Shown here: in pieces, positions 1-9,950 of the stretch
Layout of the letters: each line of letters begins with the position of its first letter
Position numbering within the stretch: position 1 is the first letter of the stretch
Source: an uncultured Methanolobus sp.
GTDB lineage: Archaea > Halobacteriota > Methanosarcinia > Methanosarcinales > Methanosarcinaceae
Direction: 5' to 3'
Assembly: GCA_963675495.1 (NCBI GenBank)
Contig: OY776215.1
Coordinates: 2,560,001 to 2,624,000 of the forward strand
DNA length: 64,000 bases
Translations under genes and position numbers: made by a program
Notes under the pieces: generated by a model
The model's database searches: none
What the model saw: the letters and a program-made list of their open reading frames with translations, nothing else
What the model was told of the DNA's origin: nothing

Positions 1-193
1 AATTCAAAAATGAAGATTCCCGTTTATGTATACTACTATGAGGATTGGACATCTGCGAATATCCTGTGCCTCATTGCTGCTTATTTAATGGACTTCACTA
101 ATTTTATGGGTGGCTTGTAATATATACTTTCTCTATATATTAACTAAGATTTAGTAAAGTTGTATTTATACATTATATCTTGGTGACAGTTTT

Positions 194-1045
194 TCAAAGA
201 TTCAGGTCAACTTTTTGCCCTTTGACCCATAGCTCTTCGAATTTATCTTTGAGTTTGCCAGCATATTCCTTATCGTATACTTTCAATTCCCCAAACATCT
301 TCTTTGGCTGTGTGGGGTCTGGAATGGGTATGTAGGTAATGTATTCATCTATAAGTATGAAGTCGTAGTCGCAGTTGAGAACCCTTACTTCCATGTTCTT
401 TTTTATCATGGCCCTAAGCATTGTGTCCTGTACCTGGTCAATTTTCTCCTTAAGACCTATCACAAAGATTTCTTGAGGTATGATTGTCTTAATTTTTACA
501 TCTTTTTCTACGGCCTTGATAAATTCATCGATGACTAAAGGGATTAATGAACCATGGTCAATGCATTTCTTTTCCAGTAACAGCTCTGCAATCTTTCCCG
601 GTTTTACATGCAATATCTCTTTTTCAGTTTCATCAAGCATACTTTTTAAGTTCTTGATTATGTCCTCTTCGCCTATGAGGGTAGACCAGAACTGTACTTC
701 TGTGTGATCCGGCTGAGAAATATCCGAAAATCTGGTTTCCAGTTCTGCAACCTTTAACTTGAAATTTTCCAGTTCGTTTTTTGTTTCTTCTTCTTTTTTG
801 GTGAAGAGATTGTTGAGGGCTATTGTTGGTTTGATTGCTCTGTATTTCCTCGGTCTTGACCTCTGGAATTCTACAAGTCCCATATTATTAAGGTTGGAAA
901 GAACTTCGTATATTTTCCCAACAGGTATGTCCGATTTACGTGATAGCTCTTGGGCACCCGTAACTCCCTCTTTTAATAGGGTTGAATAGGCAGAAGCTTC
1001 GTATTTTGTCAATCCAAGATCTCTTAATGCTCTTTCGTTATCCAT
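194..1045 (-). CDS. TrmB-family transcriptional regulator
   Basis: N-terminal LGLTKYEASAY...IYEVLSNLNNMGLV...RPRKYRAI wHTH; C-terminal PLD-like effector domain ending FEELW. Confidence 0.9.
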   Translation of the reverse strand: MDNERALRDLGLTKYEASAYSTLLKEGVTGAQELSRKSDIPVGKIYEVLSNLNNMGLVEFQRSRPRKYRAIKPTIALNNLFTKKEEETKNELENFKLKVAELETRFSDISQPDHTEVQFWSTLIGEEDIIKNLKSMLDETEKEILHVKPGKIAELLLEKKCIDHGSLIPLVIDEFIKAVEKDVKIKTIIPQEIFVIGLKEKIDQVQDTMLRAMIKKNMEVRVLNCDYDFILIDEYITYIPIPDPTQPKKMFGELKVYDKEYAGKLKDKFEELWVKGQKVDLNL

Positions 1046-1098
1046 ATTTTCACTTTTTAATTGTTTTTTTATGAGTGAAATGCTTATTAATCTGTAGG

Positions 1099-1111
1099 TT
1101 AAAACAACTAT
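1099..1111. promoter_or_regulatory. Putative TrmB operator copy 1 (TTAAAACAACTAT)
   Basis: Overlaps the minus-strand TATA-like CTTTATAG of the trmB gene; identical 13-mer at 1941-1953. Confidence 0.5.
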
Positions 1112-1242
1112 AAAGATGTTTTCTTATGGTGGATTATTTTATGGGTATTTCAAAGGGATATCTTTTTATCCATTCATATAATCGTCTGACTTGACTATAC
1201 ATAGTCACCAATCTGTAAATAATATCTTAGGGGTGTTTCATA

Positions 1243-1440
1243 ATGGAATCGAATTCGCAAAATTCAAAAAGAACAACGTCTTCCGTTGAACTATTAAGGT
1301 CTCATATTGATAATATGTCTATTCGGGATCTTGATGATGATTGGATCAAGAAACATACGATTGATCTTGGGTCATTGATGGAAGATGGGGACCAAGGTAT
1401 TGGTTTTAAGTATGGTGTTGGAATGTCTAAAAGGCGTTAA
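1243..1440 (+). CDS. Small hypothetical protein (65 aa)
   Basis: GGGGTG SD-like sequence at 1230-1235, ATG start, TATA-like element near 1173-1180 and palindrome 1192-1207 upstream. Confidence 0.55.
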   Translation: MESNSQNSKRTTSSVELLRSHIDNMSIRDLDDDWIKKHTIDLGSLMEDGDQGIGFKYGVGMSKRR

Positions 1441-1706
1441 GCATACTTATTCATGTAGTTTTCAATGTAACTCTGTATGTGTTTTTTTAAGAGTGAAACT
1501 CTTATATCGATGTTTTGTATATACAGCATTCGTTAGGTTTCGTTACATACTTTATTATTTCACTCTGTTGCCCGGAACTTTTAGTTCTGTTTCTAAAGTG
1601 GGCTGGTTGGTCTTATTTGAATTATTATTGTCTGGTAATGCGATAATAACTTACATCCGTCGATATATAGAAAGACTTATTAACTAAAAGTGATGTACTT
1701 CATATT

Positions 1707-1858
1707 GTGTACCATCAACAACACGCTTGTCGTGTAGTTTAGTACCACCCTATCCAACCCCCAAACGAGGCATCCTTTTGGGGATGTCTCATACCTATTT
1801 ACTCTGCATTTGAACACAGGTTGATTGATGGTGCATCTCTTTATGTATTTTAGATTTT
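1707..1858 (+). ncRNA. Candidate structured small RNA with C-rich single-stranded region
   Basis: BRE/TATA GAAAGA-CTTATTAA 1670-1683; 12-bp closing stem 1707-1718/1825-1836; hairpins 1721-1735 and 1767-1790; T-rich tail. Confidence 0.6.
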
Positions 1859-1940
1859 TACCTGCTAATCTCTTTTAACTATTTATCAGTTTATTACGGG
1901 GTAAAATCTTTATATATAGAATAAATCTATTAGGCAATAA

Positions 1941-1953
1941 TTAAAACAACTAT
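1941..1953. promoter_or_regulatory. Putative TrmB operator copy 2 at RND operon promoter
   Basis: TTAAAACAACTAT about 25 nt downstream of TATA CTTTATATATA (1908-1918). Confidence 0.5.
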
Positions 1954-1990
1954 GGTAGAGTTTTTTTATTATCATACTTAATCATAAGGA

Positions 1991-4366
1991 GTGTTTATCA
2001 TTAAAAACATCTTTGAAAAACTGGGTATCTTCATTGAAGATAATACGATACCTATCCTACTGATCACGTTTCTTTTTGTGATTATTTCATTTCAGGGTGC
2101 CCAGTATATAGGGATGGCATCAGGAACTGATACTTTTGTAGATAAGAACTCTCAATTGTATCAGGATTTTGATCATCTTTACCAGAATCTCTTTGGTACT
2201 GAATCCATTGTAATAATGGTTGAAGGTAGCGATGTAACAAATCCTGAACTGCTCAAGGCAATGGACAGGGCATACGAGTCTATAGACAACATTCCCGGGG
2301 TAATTCAAGTAAATTCTCCATCATCTATCATTAAAGATGTTAATTATGAGATGATGGGACGAAGCGAAATCCCGGATGATGCTGGATTGATCGACGAAAT
2401 AATCAGTTCATCGGTTCCAACCTATTTTGTTCCTGATGAAACTCATGCTACCATGTCTGTAGTCGTTGAAGCAACCACATCAGATGAAATGAAAGAGGAG
2501 ATTCTCAGGGAAACCCGGATTTCTGTTGAAATGGCTGATTTTCCAGGTGATTATAATGTAATTGTGACTGGTGACCCTGCTTTTATGGTCGAAATGAATG
2601 AAGCAATGAATTCCAGCATGGGTACATTGCTCATGATATCAGTTCTCCTCATGATAGTTGTGCTATATCTTGTCTTCAAACATGTTAGGTGGAGACTCCT
2701 TCCGCTTCCAATAGTCATACTTGGTATCATTTTCACATTTGGAGCTATGGGATATCTGGATATCCCCATGACAATGGTTTCAATGTCTGCTTTTCCGGTA
2801 CTTATCGGGCTTGGTATAGATTATGCCATCCAGTTCCATAACCGGATTGAAGAAGAACTGGAACATGGTAGCAGTGATGAAGAAGCAGTAATAAACACTA
2901 TCAAACATACCGGTCCTGCAGTTTTGATCGCACTTATAATAACTGCCCTTGGTTTCTTTTCATTGTTCACATCAACTGTTCCAATGATACAGGATTTCGG
3001 AAAACTTCTGATGATTGGTATTGCAATGTGTTTCTTATCCTCATTGTTTGTAGGAGTTACAGTACTATACGGCTTCCATAAACTTTCAGAGAAAAATATA
3101 CTCTCAAAGCTCGGATTGAAAAAGCCACCTGCTAAGAAAAAAGAATCCTTCATAGAATCATCTGAACATGAGCCGGATTTCCTGGAAAAGGCACTTAAAG
3201 GTATATCTGGATTTTCAATACATCATTCGGTACTGGTTCTGGCAATTGCAGGTTCTCTTTGTGTTGGTGGACTTTTTGTAGATACAATGGTTCCCATTCA
3301 GACTGATACGCAAACCTTTGTGCCCCAGGACCTCCCTGCATTGATCGATCTTATGCACATGAGCGAAATCCTGGGTGGGACGGATCAGTTAAACCTGATA
3401 GTAAAGACAGATGACAACACAGACCCGCAACTACTTGAATGGATAGATGAATTCTCACAGCATGAAGTAGATGGAAGGAGCCATATTTACGACTCAAGTA
3501 GCATTGTTGATCTTATAAAGGCGCAGAACGACGGTGAAATTCCTGACAGTTCGGCAGATGTTGCCATGCTGTATGAGCAGATGACTGATACTCAGAAGGA
3601 AAGCTATCTTCATGGAAATTCAATACTCCTGGTCAATCTGGGGATTGGCAATGCCATGAGTGAACTTGGACTTATGGGTATTGGAGACCTTACTGATGTA
3701 GTAGAAGATGATATCCTCTGGATGGCTCCTCCTCCTGGAACAGAAGTAACCATAACCGGAAATTCTGTTGTTTTTGTCGAGGTTATAGGCGCCCTTACGT
3801 CCGGTAGAACCATGATGACAATGCTTGGTATCCTATTGGTCTTTGGAGGTCTGCTTGTAATATACCGTGATCTTTTGAAGGCCTTAACTCCGGTGATTAC
3901 CATGGTAATGGTAGTTGGCTGGTCTGGTGGTCTCATGTATTACACCGGTCTGGAATATACTCCTATGACCGCGACCCTTGGTGCGCTCATCCTTGGAGTC
4001 GGTTCGGAATATGCGATCCTTATGATGGAGCGCTATTTCGAGGAAAAGGAAAAGGGTGCAGATCCTGTTCAGGCAATGCAGGAAGCAAGTGTGAAGATCG
4101 GAAAAGCCATTGTCACATCCGGTGCGACCACTGTATTTGGTTTTTCAGCACTTATCGCATCACCATTTAGTATTACCAGTAATTTTGGCCTGATAACAGT
4201 TATAGATGTATTCCTGGCGCTGTTAGCTACGTTTGTGATATTCCCTCCTGTAATTGTCACACTTGATAAGTTCAGGGAAAAAAGAAGAGCTCATTCAGCA
4301 GGCCATGAATTCAAACAAATTGATACACATGAAGCAAACACCATTCCGGAGGCTATAAGCGCATGA
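1991..4366 (+). CDS. RND/MMPL-family (HAE3-type) transporter
   Basis: Two repeats of large extracytoplasmic loop plus TM bundle; GLGIDYAIQF and GVGSEYAILM motifs; AGGA SD before GTG. Confidence 0.92.
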   Translation: MFIIKNIFEKLGIFIEDNTIPILLITFLFVIISFQGAQYIGMASGTDTFVDKNSQLYQDFDHLYQNLFGTESIVIMVEGSDVTNPELLKAMDRAYESIDNIPGVIQVNSPSSIIKDVNYEMMGRSEIPDDAGLIDEIISSSVPTYFVPDETHATMSVVVEATTSDEMKEEILRETRISVEMADFPGDYNVIVTGDPAFMVEMNEAMNSSMGTLLMISVLLMIVVLYLVFKHVRWRLLPLPIVILGIIFTFGAMGYLDIPMTMVSMSAFPVLIGLGIDYAIQFHNRIEEELEHGSSDEEAVINTIKHTGPAVLIALIITALGFFSLFTSTVPMIQDFGKLLMIGIAMCFLSSLFVGVTVLYGFHKLSEKNILSKLGLKKPPAKKKESFIESSEHEPDFLEKALKGISGFSIHHSVLVLAIAGSLCVGGLFVDTMVPIQTDTQTFVPQDLPALIDLMHMSEILGGTDQLNLIVKTDDNTDPQLLEWIDEFSQHEVDGRSHIYDSSSIVDLIKAQNDGEIPDSSADVAMLYEQMTDTQKESYLHGNSILLVNLGIGNAMSELGLMGIGDLTDVVEDDILWMAPPPGTEVTITGNSVVFVEVIGALTSGRTMMTMLGILLVFGGLLVIYRDLLKALTPVITMVMVVGWSGGLMYYTGLEYTPMTATLGALILGVGSEYAILMMERYFEEKEKGADPVQAMQEASVKIGKAIVTSGATTVFGFSALIASPFSITSNFGLITVIDVFLALLATFVIFPPVIVTLDKFREKRRAHSAGHEFKQIDTHEANTIPEAISA

Positions 4367-5472
4367 ATGGCAGATACAAAAAAGTTGACAAATTAAAATT
4401 GTATATAATCCCCTTAGTGCTATGTATCCTTCTTGCAGCTACCTTTGTGCTGATGCCTTCGGTATCTGCTAAGGAATACATAGCCCCAACCTATGAATAT
4501 ACGAATAATTACTACAAGGCTTACGGGGAGCCTGACATATATGCCTCAGTTCTTGGAGACACTGAATTCGAACGTGGTGAAACTGCTGAGATAATGGTCG
4601 TATTATCCAATAAGGGTGTATTGTATGGTTTGAAATCAGACACAGTTGTCAAAGATTCAGAAAGTGCTCACCAGTTATCTCTCACGGAGCTGCAGTATGA
4701 AACTCAGAGGACAACAGCATACGGAATAAAAGCAAGTCTTGTTTCTTCCACTGATCTGATCGAGATAGATGCTGCTACAGACAGCCAGACAATGGAGGAA
4801 TTGCTTCCCGGTGATCTGTCGGAGGATCCTTTTGTCTTCACGGTCACAATCTCGGATTATGCTCCTGCGGGAGTGTATTTGCTGGAAATGCCACTGAACT
4901 ATGAATATGTGCAAGATGTAAGAATGACCGCAGGTGAATCGGTAATTCTTGGAATGCCTGATCTGGATCATGCAAACTATTATGAAACAGTTGAACAAAC
5001 AATTCAGATTCCTGTTATTATAATGCCTGAGGCTAAATTTGAGGTCAGCAGTGTTTCAGGAAATGTTACAGCAGGCAGCACTGACACTCTCAATATCACT
5101 TATACCAACATTGGTGAACTTCCTGCAGAAGATGCAGTTGCAAGATTGATAGTGATGGAACCATTGAGTGCTGATCGTCCTATACAGTCGCTTGGTACGA
5201 TGCAGCCCGGTGAGAGCAGAACCATATCAGTTAATATTGCTTCTGATTTCCAGGCTGTCGAGAAGAATTATGGTATTGACAGTGAGATCAAGTATACTGA
5301 TGAAGATGGTGAGGATGCATTTTCTGATAATATGAAAGTAAATGTGGATCTGAAACAACCTGAAACAAAGCTCAATATAACGGGTCTTGCACTTGCAGGA
5401 CTTGTGGTTATGGGAATAGTACTGATTATCAAAAACAGAAGAAAGAATGGATCAAATAAGTCTAATGACTAA
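4363..5472 (+). CDS. COG1361 S-layer-domain-like membrane-anchored protein
   Basis: Signal peptide, Ig-like acidic domains (YTNIGE..A.DAVAR; LGTMQPGES), C-terminal TM plus basic tail; ATGA overlap with RND gene. Confidence 0.85.
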   Translation: MNGRYKKVDKLKLYIIPLVLCILLAATFVLMPSVSAKEYIAPTYEYTNNYYKAYGEPDIYASVLGDTEFERGETAEIMVVLSNKGVLYGLKSDTVVKDSESAHQLSLTELQYETQRTTAYGIKASLVSSTDLIEIDAATDSQTMEELLPGDLSEDPFVFTVTISDYAPAGVYLLEMPLNYEYVQDVRMTAGESVILGMPDLDHANYYETVEQTIQIPVIIMPEAKFEVSSVSGNVTAGSTDTLNITYTNIGELPAEDAVARLIVMEPLSADRPIQSLGTMQPGESRTISVNIASDFQAVEKNYGIDSEIKYTDEDGEDAFSDNMKVNVDLKQPETKLNITGLALAGLVVMGIVLIIKNRRKNGSNKSND

Positions 5473-5485
5473 TTGGAGGGATCTT

Positions 5486-6583
5486 ATGAAAGTTATCAAC
5501 ATTAAAAGAATCGTTACGGCATCAATACTAATGATGGTGCTCATGTCACTGCCCGTGCAGGCTGAAATGACAACAGTGGATCTGGAACTTCCGGAGTACT
5601 TCAATTTCGATGATAATTATTACACTGTCTTTGGAGGTCCGGATGTGTCCGCAACTTTGATAGGTGATAATGAATTTGCGCGTGGTGATGAGGTCACTCT
5701 TAATATCAACCTGATGAACAAAGGCGTTGTAACAGGTTTTGAGTCAGACGATGAGGCTGATGATACTTCTGATCTTGAACAGAAGATCCAGCAGACTGAG
5801 ATGGGTTATGAATCCCAGAGGACAACAGCTATTGGTATTCTTGCAATCCTTGTATCAGAAGACCCTAATGTCAGGGTAAAGTCGGGTCCACAGGAAGCAG
5901 GTACTCTTGTATCCGGTGAACAGACTGAGAATCCTGTCATGTTTAACATCGAGGTTTCAAAGAATGCTCCTGCTGGTGAATATCCTCTCAATCTGCAATT
6001 GCTTTATGGATACCAGGAGAATGTCCAGATAGATGGTGACAACGAAACCGATCTGGGTATTACGAACATGGAAGTTGGACTCTGGTATGCAGTTGGCCAG
6101 CAGATGCAGAACATATCAGTTATTGTGGAAGAAGAGGCTGATTTTGAGGTTGTAAATGTGACGGGCGAACTCGAAGCCGGCACAGAAGGACTTTTGCGTG
6201 TTGTTTACGAGAACACAGGTGAAGAGGCTGTGAAGGATGCCACTGTCAGGATAAGCGCCGATGATCCGTTCAGCACAACCGATGACCAGTCCTTCCTTGG
6301 TTCAATTGCACCGGGTGAGACTGCAGAGGCTGTATTCAAACTCAAAGTGGACGAAGCAGCGGTATCAAAGAACTATGCCATTAACAGTGAGATCAAGTAT
6401 GAGGATACTGATGGACACAGTCAGATCTCGGATACTATAAAGGTACAGACTGAAACACTTCCTGCAGGTTCTTCAGGATCAGGTATGGGTAAGTATATCG
6501 GAATTGTAGTGGCTCTGATAGTCCTTGCAGTTGTTTTTGTAGGTGCTAAAAAATATATGGGTAAGAAAGAAGGGGAAAAGTGA
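5486..6583 (+). CDS. COG1361 S-layer-domain-like membrane-anchored protein (paralog)
   Basis: GGAGG SD before ATG 5486; clearly paralogous to the upstream gene (GDNEFARG, QRTTA, NYAINSEIKYED); C-terminal TM. Confidence 0.85.
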   Translation: MKVINIKRIVTASILMMVLMSLPVQAEMTTVDLELPEYFNFDDNYYTVFGGPDVSATLIGDNEFARGDEVTLNINLMNKGVVTGFESDDEADDTSDLEQKIQQTEMGYESQRTTAIGILAILVSEDPNVRVKSGPQEAGTLVSGEQTENPVMFNIEVSKNAPAGEYPLNLQLLYGYQENVQIDGDNETDLGITNMEVGLWYAVGQQMQNISVIVEEEADFEVVNVTGELEAGTEGLLRVVYENTGEEAVKDATVRISADDPFSTTDDQSFLGSIAPGETAEAVFKLKVDEAAVSKNYAINSEIKYEDTDGHSQISDTIKVQTETLPAGSSGSGMGKYIGIVVALIVLAVVFVGAKKYMGKKEGEK

Positions 6584-6637
6584 TCTCCCTTTCTTTATTT
6601 TTTTTCCTTTACAATTACTGAGGGTGATATCATCACA

Positions 6638-7438
6638 ATGCTCTTAACATCTCTCCAGAATCTCGGTTTCACATCATATGAGGCAAAGGTCTTTGTGGCT
6701 CTTGTGAAAAATGAAAGTGCAACAGTATCAGCTTTGCATCTGGATTCCGGTGTTCCCAATTCTGCTATATATGGTGCCCTCAAAAAGCTGGAAAAAAGAG
6801 GTATCATTGAATTCCAGAATACAAAACCAATGCGTTACAGATGTATTCCTCCTAAGGATGCCATTGCAAAACTGGAGCGTGATTATAAGGATGAATGTGA
6901 TGGTGTTCTCGACGAATTGAACAATATATATGGTGAATCTTCTTGCGATAATAAGGAAGAACTTATCTGGACTATCAATGGTATCAGGAATGTTACAGAT
7001 AAGGTAATACAGATGCTTGAAAGTGCAGAAAAAGATGTCCTGATTATGAATTCTTCAACACCTTTTCTGACCCTCGCAGAAAAGTATGTGTCCCTCAAAA
7101 AAGATTACACTACCATCATTGGTATTTTCAACAAAAAGATCGCTGATGAGGGTGTTAGTATCAGGATTATTGGTTCATGCGATGAAGACGCAAGAAAGAT
7201 CCATAATATGGTTCCTTTTGCATCTGTTCGAGTTAATTCCATGATGAACAACCCATTGGAGATCAACAGCTTTGTTGTCGTTATAGATAATTCAGAAATG
7301 CTTGTGGATATTATAAAAGAAGATGATGGTGAAGCAGATCTGACTGCTGTATGGACGAACGGGGAAGAATTCTCTTCCACAATATCCAATCTCCTGAATG
7401 CTAAATGGGAAACATCTAACGAATACAGTCCTTTATGA
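6638..7438 (+). CDS. TrmB-family transcriptional regulator
   Basis: LGFTSYEAKVF...IYGALKKLEKRGII...KPMRYR wHTH plus effector domain. Confidence 0.9.
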   Translation: MLLTSLQNLGFTSYEAKVFVALVKNESATVSALHLDSGVPNSAIYGALKKLEKRGIIEFQNTKPMRYRCIPPKDAIAKLERDYKDECDGVLDELNNIYGESSCDNKEELIWTINGIRNVTDKVIQMLESAEKDVLIMNSSTPFLTLAEKYVSLKKDYTTIIGIFNKKIADEGVSIRIIGSCDEDARKIHNMVPFASVRVNSMMNNPLEINSFVVVIDNSEMLVDIIKEDDGEADLTAVWTNGEEFSSTISNLLNAKWETSNEYSPL

Positions 7439-8766
7439 GGTGCACATTTTTGAAGACTACTTTTACGTTAGTTTCCTGTCGTATTTTTTTGTTAATTGCT
7501 GTTCTGGGATTGATAATTCTTCCTGCATCTGCAATAGGCAGTGTGGTATTTTCTCCCTATGCTACTGATTTGTCTTTTCACACAGGTGAAACTGTTAACT
7601 TTTCAGTTGATGCTGTCATGTCATCAGATGTAACCTGGTTACTTGATGGTGTCATTGTACAGCAGGATTTTTCATGTAACTCCTCGATGTATTCAGCTTT
7701 AGAGGATGAAGCTGCCTCTTATAATCTGACAGTTATTGTTGATGAAGGTACTGATATTTTAGACAAAACATGGTGTCTGGAAGTCATTCCTGATTTTGAC
7801 GTGGTCTTTTCACCTGATTCTGAAGGTGTAAGTTCCAGGCTTGACCGTGCACCTGAATTTTCAGTTAATATAAGCGAAACTTCAGATATTATATGGTATC
7901 TGGATGATGAGCTACTTAGTACATATACTGATTCAAATAATTCGAGCTGTATTCCATCTGTTTCCGAAACAGGAAATTATAGTCTTAAGGTCCATGTTTC
8001 CAATGATAATGGCAGTATATGGAAGCAATGGTACTGGGTAGCAACATCAACACCTTCACAAATAATATCCGGTGGAAGTAGTGGTGGAGGTGGTTCTTCA
8101 GGTTCTGTTTCTTCAGGTGAGGATTACAGTAATATCAAAGTAAAAGATGTCAGAATGCAGGTAGTTAACAAGGGTGTGGCCACAAAGTTTTCATTTCCTG
8201 ATGGGCAGAATCCTATAGATTCTCTTGAATTTAATTCGGCTGTCAATGCAGGTTATGTTAAGACTACAATTGAAGTTCTGAATAACAGGTCATCATCTGT
8301 TTCAGAGAATCCTGATGACGTCGTTTATTATTATGCTAATATCATTACTGGGAAGACAGGGCTGGAAAATAAAATAGATGATACTCGCATTATTTTCCAT
8401 GTTGGTAAGAAGTGGATAGATGAGAACAACATCGATGTTGATTCTGTGCGTCTGAACCTGTACAGTAGCTCTAAATGGAAATCGTTCCCTGCCAAAGTTG
8501 TGAATAACAGTAGCGGTAATATCTCTTTTATGTCAACAACAAGTGGATTCGGTAGTTTCGCTATAACTGGCAAAACCACTGAGACTTTTGAAGAAGATAT
8601 CGTTGTTGTGGATATGGGGGGAAACAGCATGGAATATTCATCTGATAAAGGCTCTATAGATTCAGTAAATGGAACAAATTTCGAGTCTGAAAAAGAAGAC
8701 GTTTTAAAATCCGTCCTGCGCTCTATGACTGAATTATTTATAAAAAGAAATCCTTTAGATAGTTAG
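7435..8766 (+). CDS. Secreted Ig-like repeat protein with PGF-pre-PGF domain
   Basis: Signal peptide, two WxLD Ig-like repeats, Gly/Ser linker, SSGEDYSNI...F.VGKKWI..N....TSGFGSFAITG domain. Confidence 0.8.
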   Translation: MRCTFLKTTFTLVSCRIFLLIAVLGLIILPASAIGSVVFSPYATDLSFHTGETVNFSVDAVMSSDVTWLLDGVIVQQDFSCNSSMYSALEDEAASYNLTVIVDEGTDILDKTWCLEVIPDFDVVFSPDSEGVSSRLDRAPEFSVNISETSDIIWYLDDELLSTYTDSNNSSCIPSVSETGNYSLKVHVSNDNGSIWKQWYWVATSTPSQIISGGSSGGGGSSGSVSSGEDYSNIKVKDVRMQVVNKGVATKFSFPDGQNPIDSLEFNSAVNAGYVKTTIEVLNNRSSSVSENPDDVVYYYANIITGKTGLENKIDDTRIIFHVGKKWIDENNIDVDSVRLNLYSSSKWKSFPAKVVNNSSGNISFMSTTSGFGSFAITGKTTETFEEDIVVVDMGGNSMEYSSDKGSIDSVNGTNFESEKEDVLKSVLRSMTELFIKRNPLDS

Positions 8767-8785
8767 ATTCTTTGCAGGTAAAAGT

Positions 8786-9838
8786 ATGGCATTAACTACT
8801 AATTCCAAAGTATGGAGCATAATGCTCCTTGTTTTTGTATTTCTGACTACATTTTTTATTATACTGTTCTATTTTGAGAATCTGTTCATTGTTCTTATCG
8901 TGGGTGGTATCCTTGTTCTTGTAACTGACGGAATTCTTATTGAATTCAATAAATATTTTGGACATAGATCCCTGTGGGTCCGGAGGGTATGTGCGGTCAC
9001 TCTTGCTATTTCTGTTTTCCTTTTATTTTATCTACTTCTACTGGGTCAGTTGTATGATATGGGTAATTTGATAAGCAGTTCTCAAAAGCAGTATGATACA
9101 GGTACCTCAGACATAATCTCAAATTATGGATACTTGCTCTCTTCTCCAGATGGGAGGCCGATCCTTTCTGCCGACGATCTGACTTCTATTGGGGACTATA
9201 TATTCAATTTCCTTTCATCCATATTTTCGAAATTATCTTATTTCATTTTCACCGGTTTGCTTGTTATACCTCTGATGTTCCGAATCTATTTCTCGAAAAA
9301 GGATGTGATGATCAGGGAGTTAATTGAGATTTTTCCGGTGAAATATCAGGAAAGTGTAGATCTGTCAATTTCAGATATTGGAAAAAGACTTCGTGATTTT
9401 TTTTCTGCCAAGATACTTGAAAGTGTTATTATAGGATTTATTTGTTGCATCGGTTTCTATCTTGCAGGTATCAATGGCTGGTTTTTCCTGGGTGCTCTTG
9501 CAGGTTTGCTTAATATAGTGCCATATATAGGTCCTATAATTGGTGCTATTCCGGCAGTGATAGTTGGCTTTATTGTCAGTCCTACCACTGCATTGTTTGC
9601 AGTTATTACTGTTATCATTGCCCAACTTGTGGATAATCTATACCTGATACCTTTCATGATATCTGGAAAAGTAGCTGTAAATCCTTTGCTTAGTATCCTG
9701 CTGATCCTTATTTTTGCCGATATGCTGGGTGCTCTTGGGATGATACTTGCCATTCCAATCTATATTGTCTACAAAGTAGTATTGACTGTATTTTACAGCG
9801 AACTTTTAAAGATATATCCTGAGGAATGTGTGAATTAA
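8786..9838 (+). CDS. AI-2E family transporter
   Basis: Hydrophobic; NIVPYIGP, QLVDN..IP, GALGMILAIP motifs. Confidence 0.88.
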   Translation: MALTTNSKVWSIMLLVFVFLTTFFIILFYFENLFIVLIVGGILVLVTDGILIEFNKYFGHRSLWVRRVCAVTLAISVFLLFYLLLLGQLYDMGNLISSSQKQYDTGTSDIISNYGYLLSSPDGRPILSADDLTSIGDYIFNFLSSIFSKLSYFIFTGLLVIPLMFRIYFSKKDVMIRELIEIFPVKYQESVDLSISDIGKRLRDFFSAKILESVIIGFICCIGFYLAGINGWFFLGALAGLLNIVPYIGPIIGAIPAVIVGFIVSPTTALFAVITVIIAQLVDNLYLIPFMISGKVAVNPLLSILLILIFADMLGALGMILAIPIYIVYKVVLTVFYSELLKIYPEECVN

Positions 9839-9950
9839 TTCGGTCCGTTATAATGAGAAATGAATCCGGATGCTGCTTCAGTTCGCAAAACATCGGATCC
9901 ATTATTTCATTAGATCGTTTTTGAGGACATAAAAAAGAAAGAGAATAAGC

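Noticed and set aside
1385-1687. 100-aa ORF downstream of the 65-aa ORF
   Set aside because: No SD, overlaps the preceding ORF and the sRNA promoter, composition reflects T-rich intergenic DNA
8070-8120. GGT/AGT low-complexity repeat
   Set aside because: Ordinary Gly/Ser linker inside the surface protein
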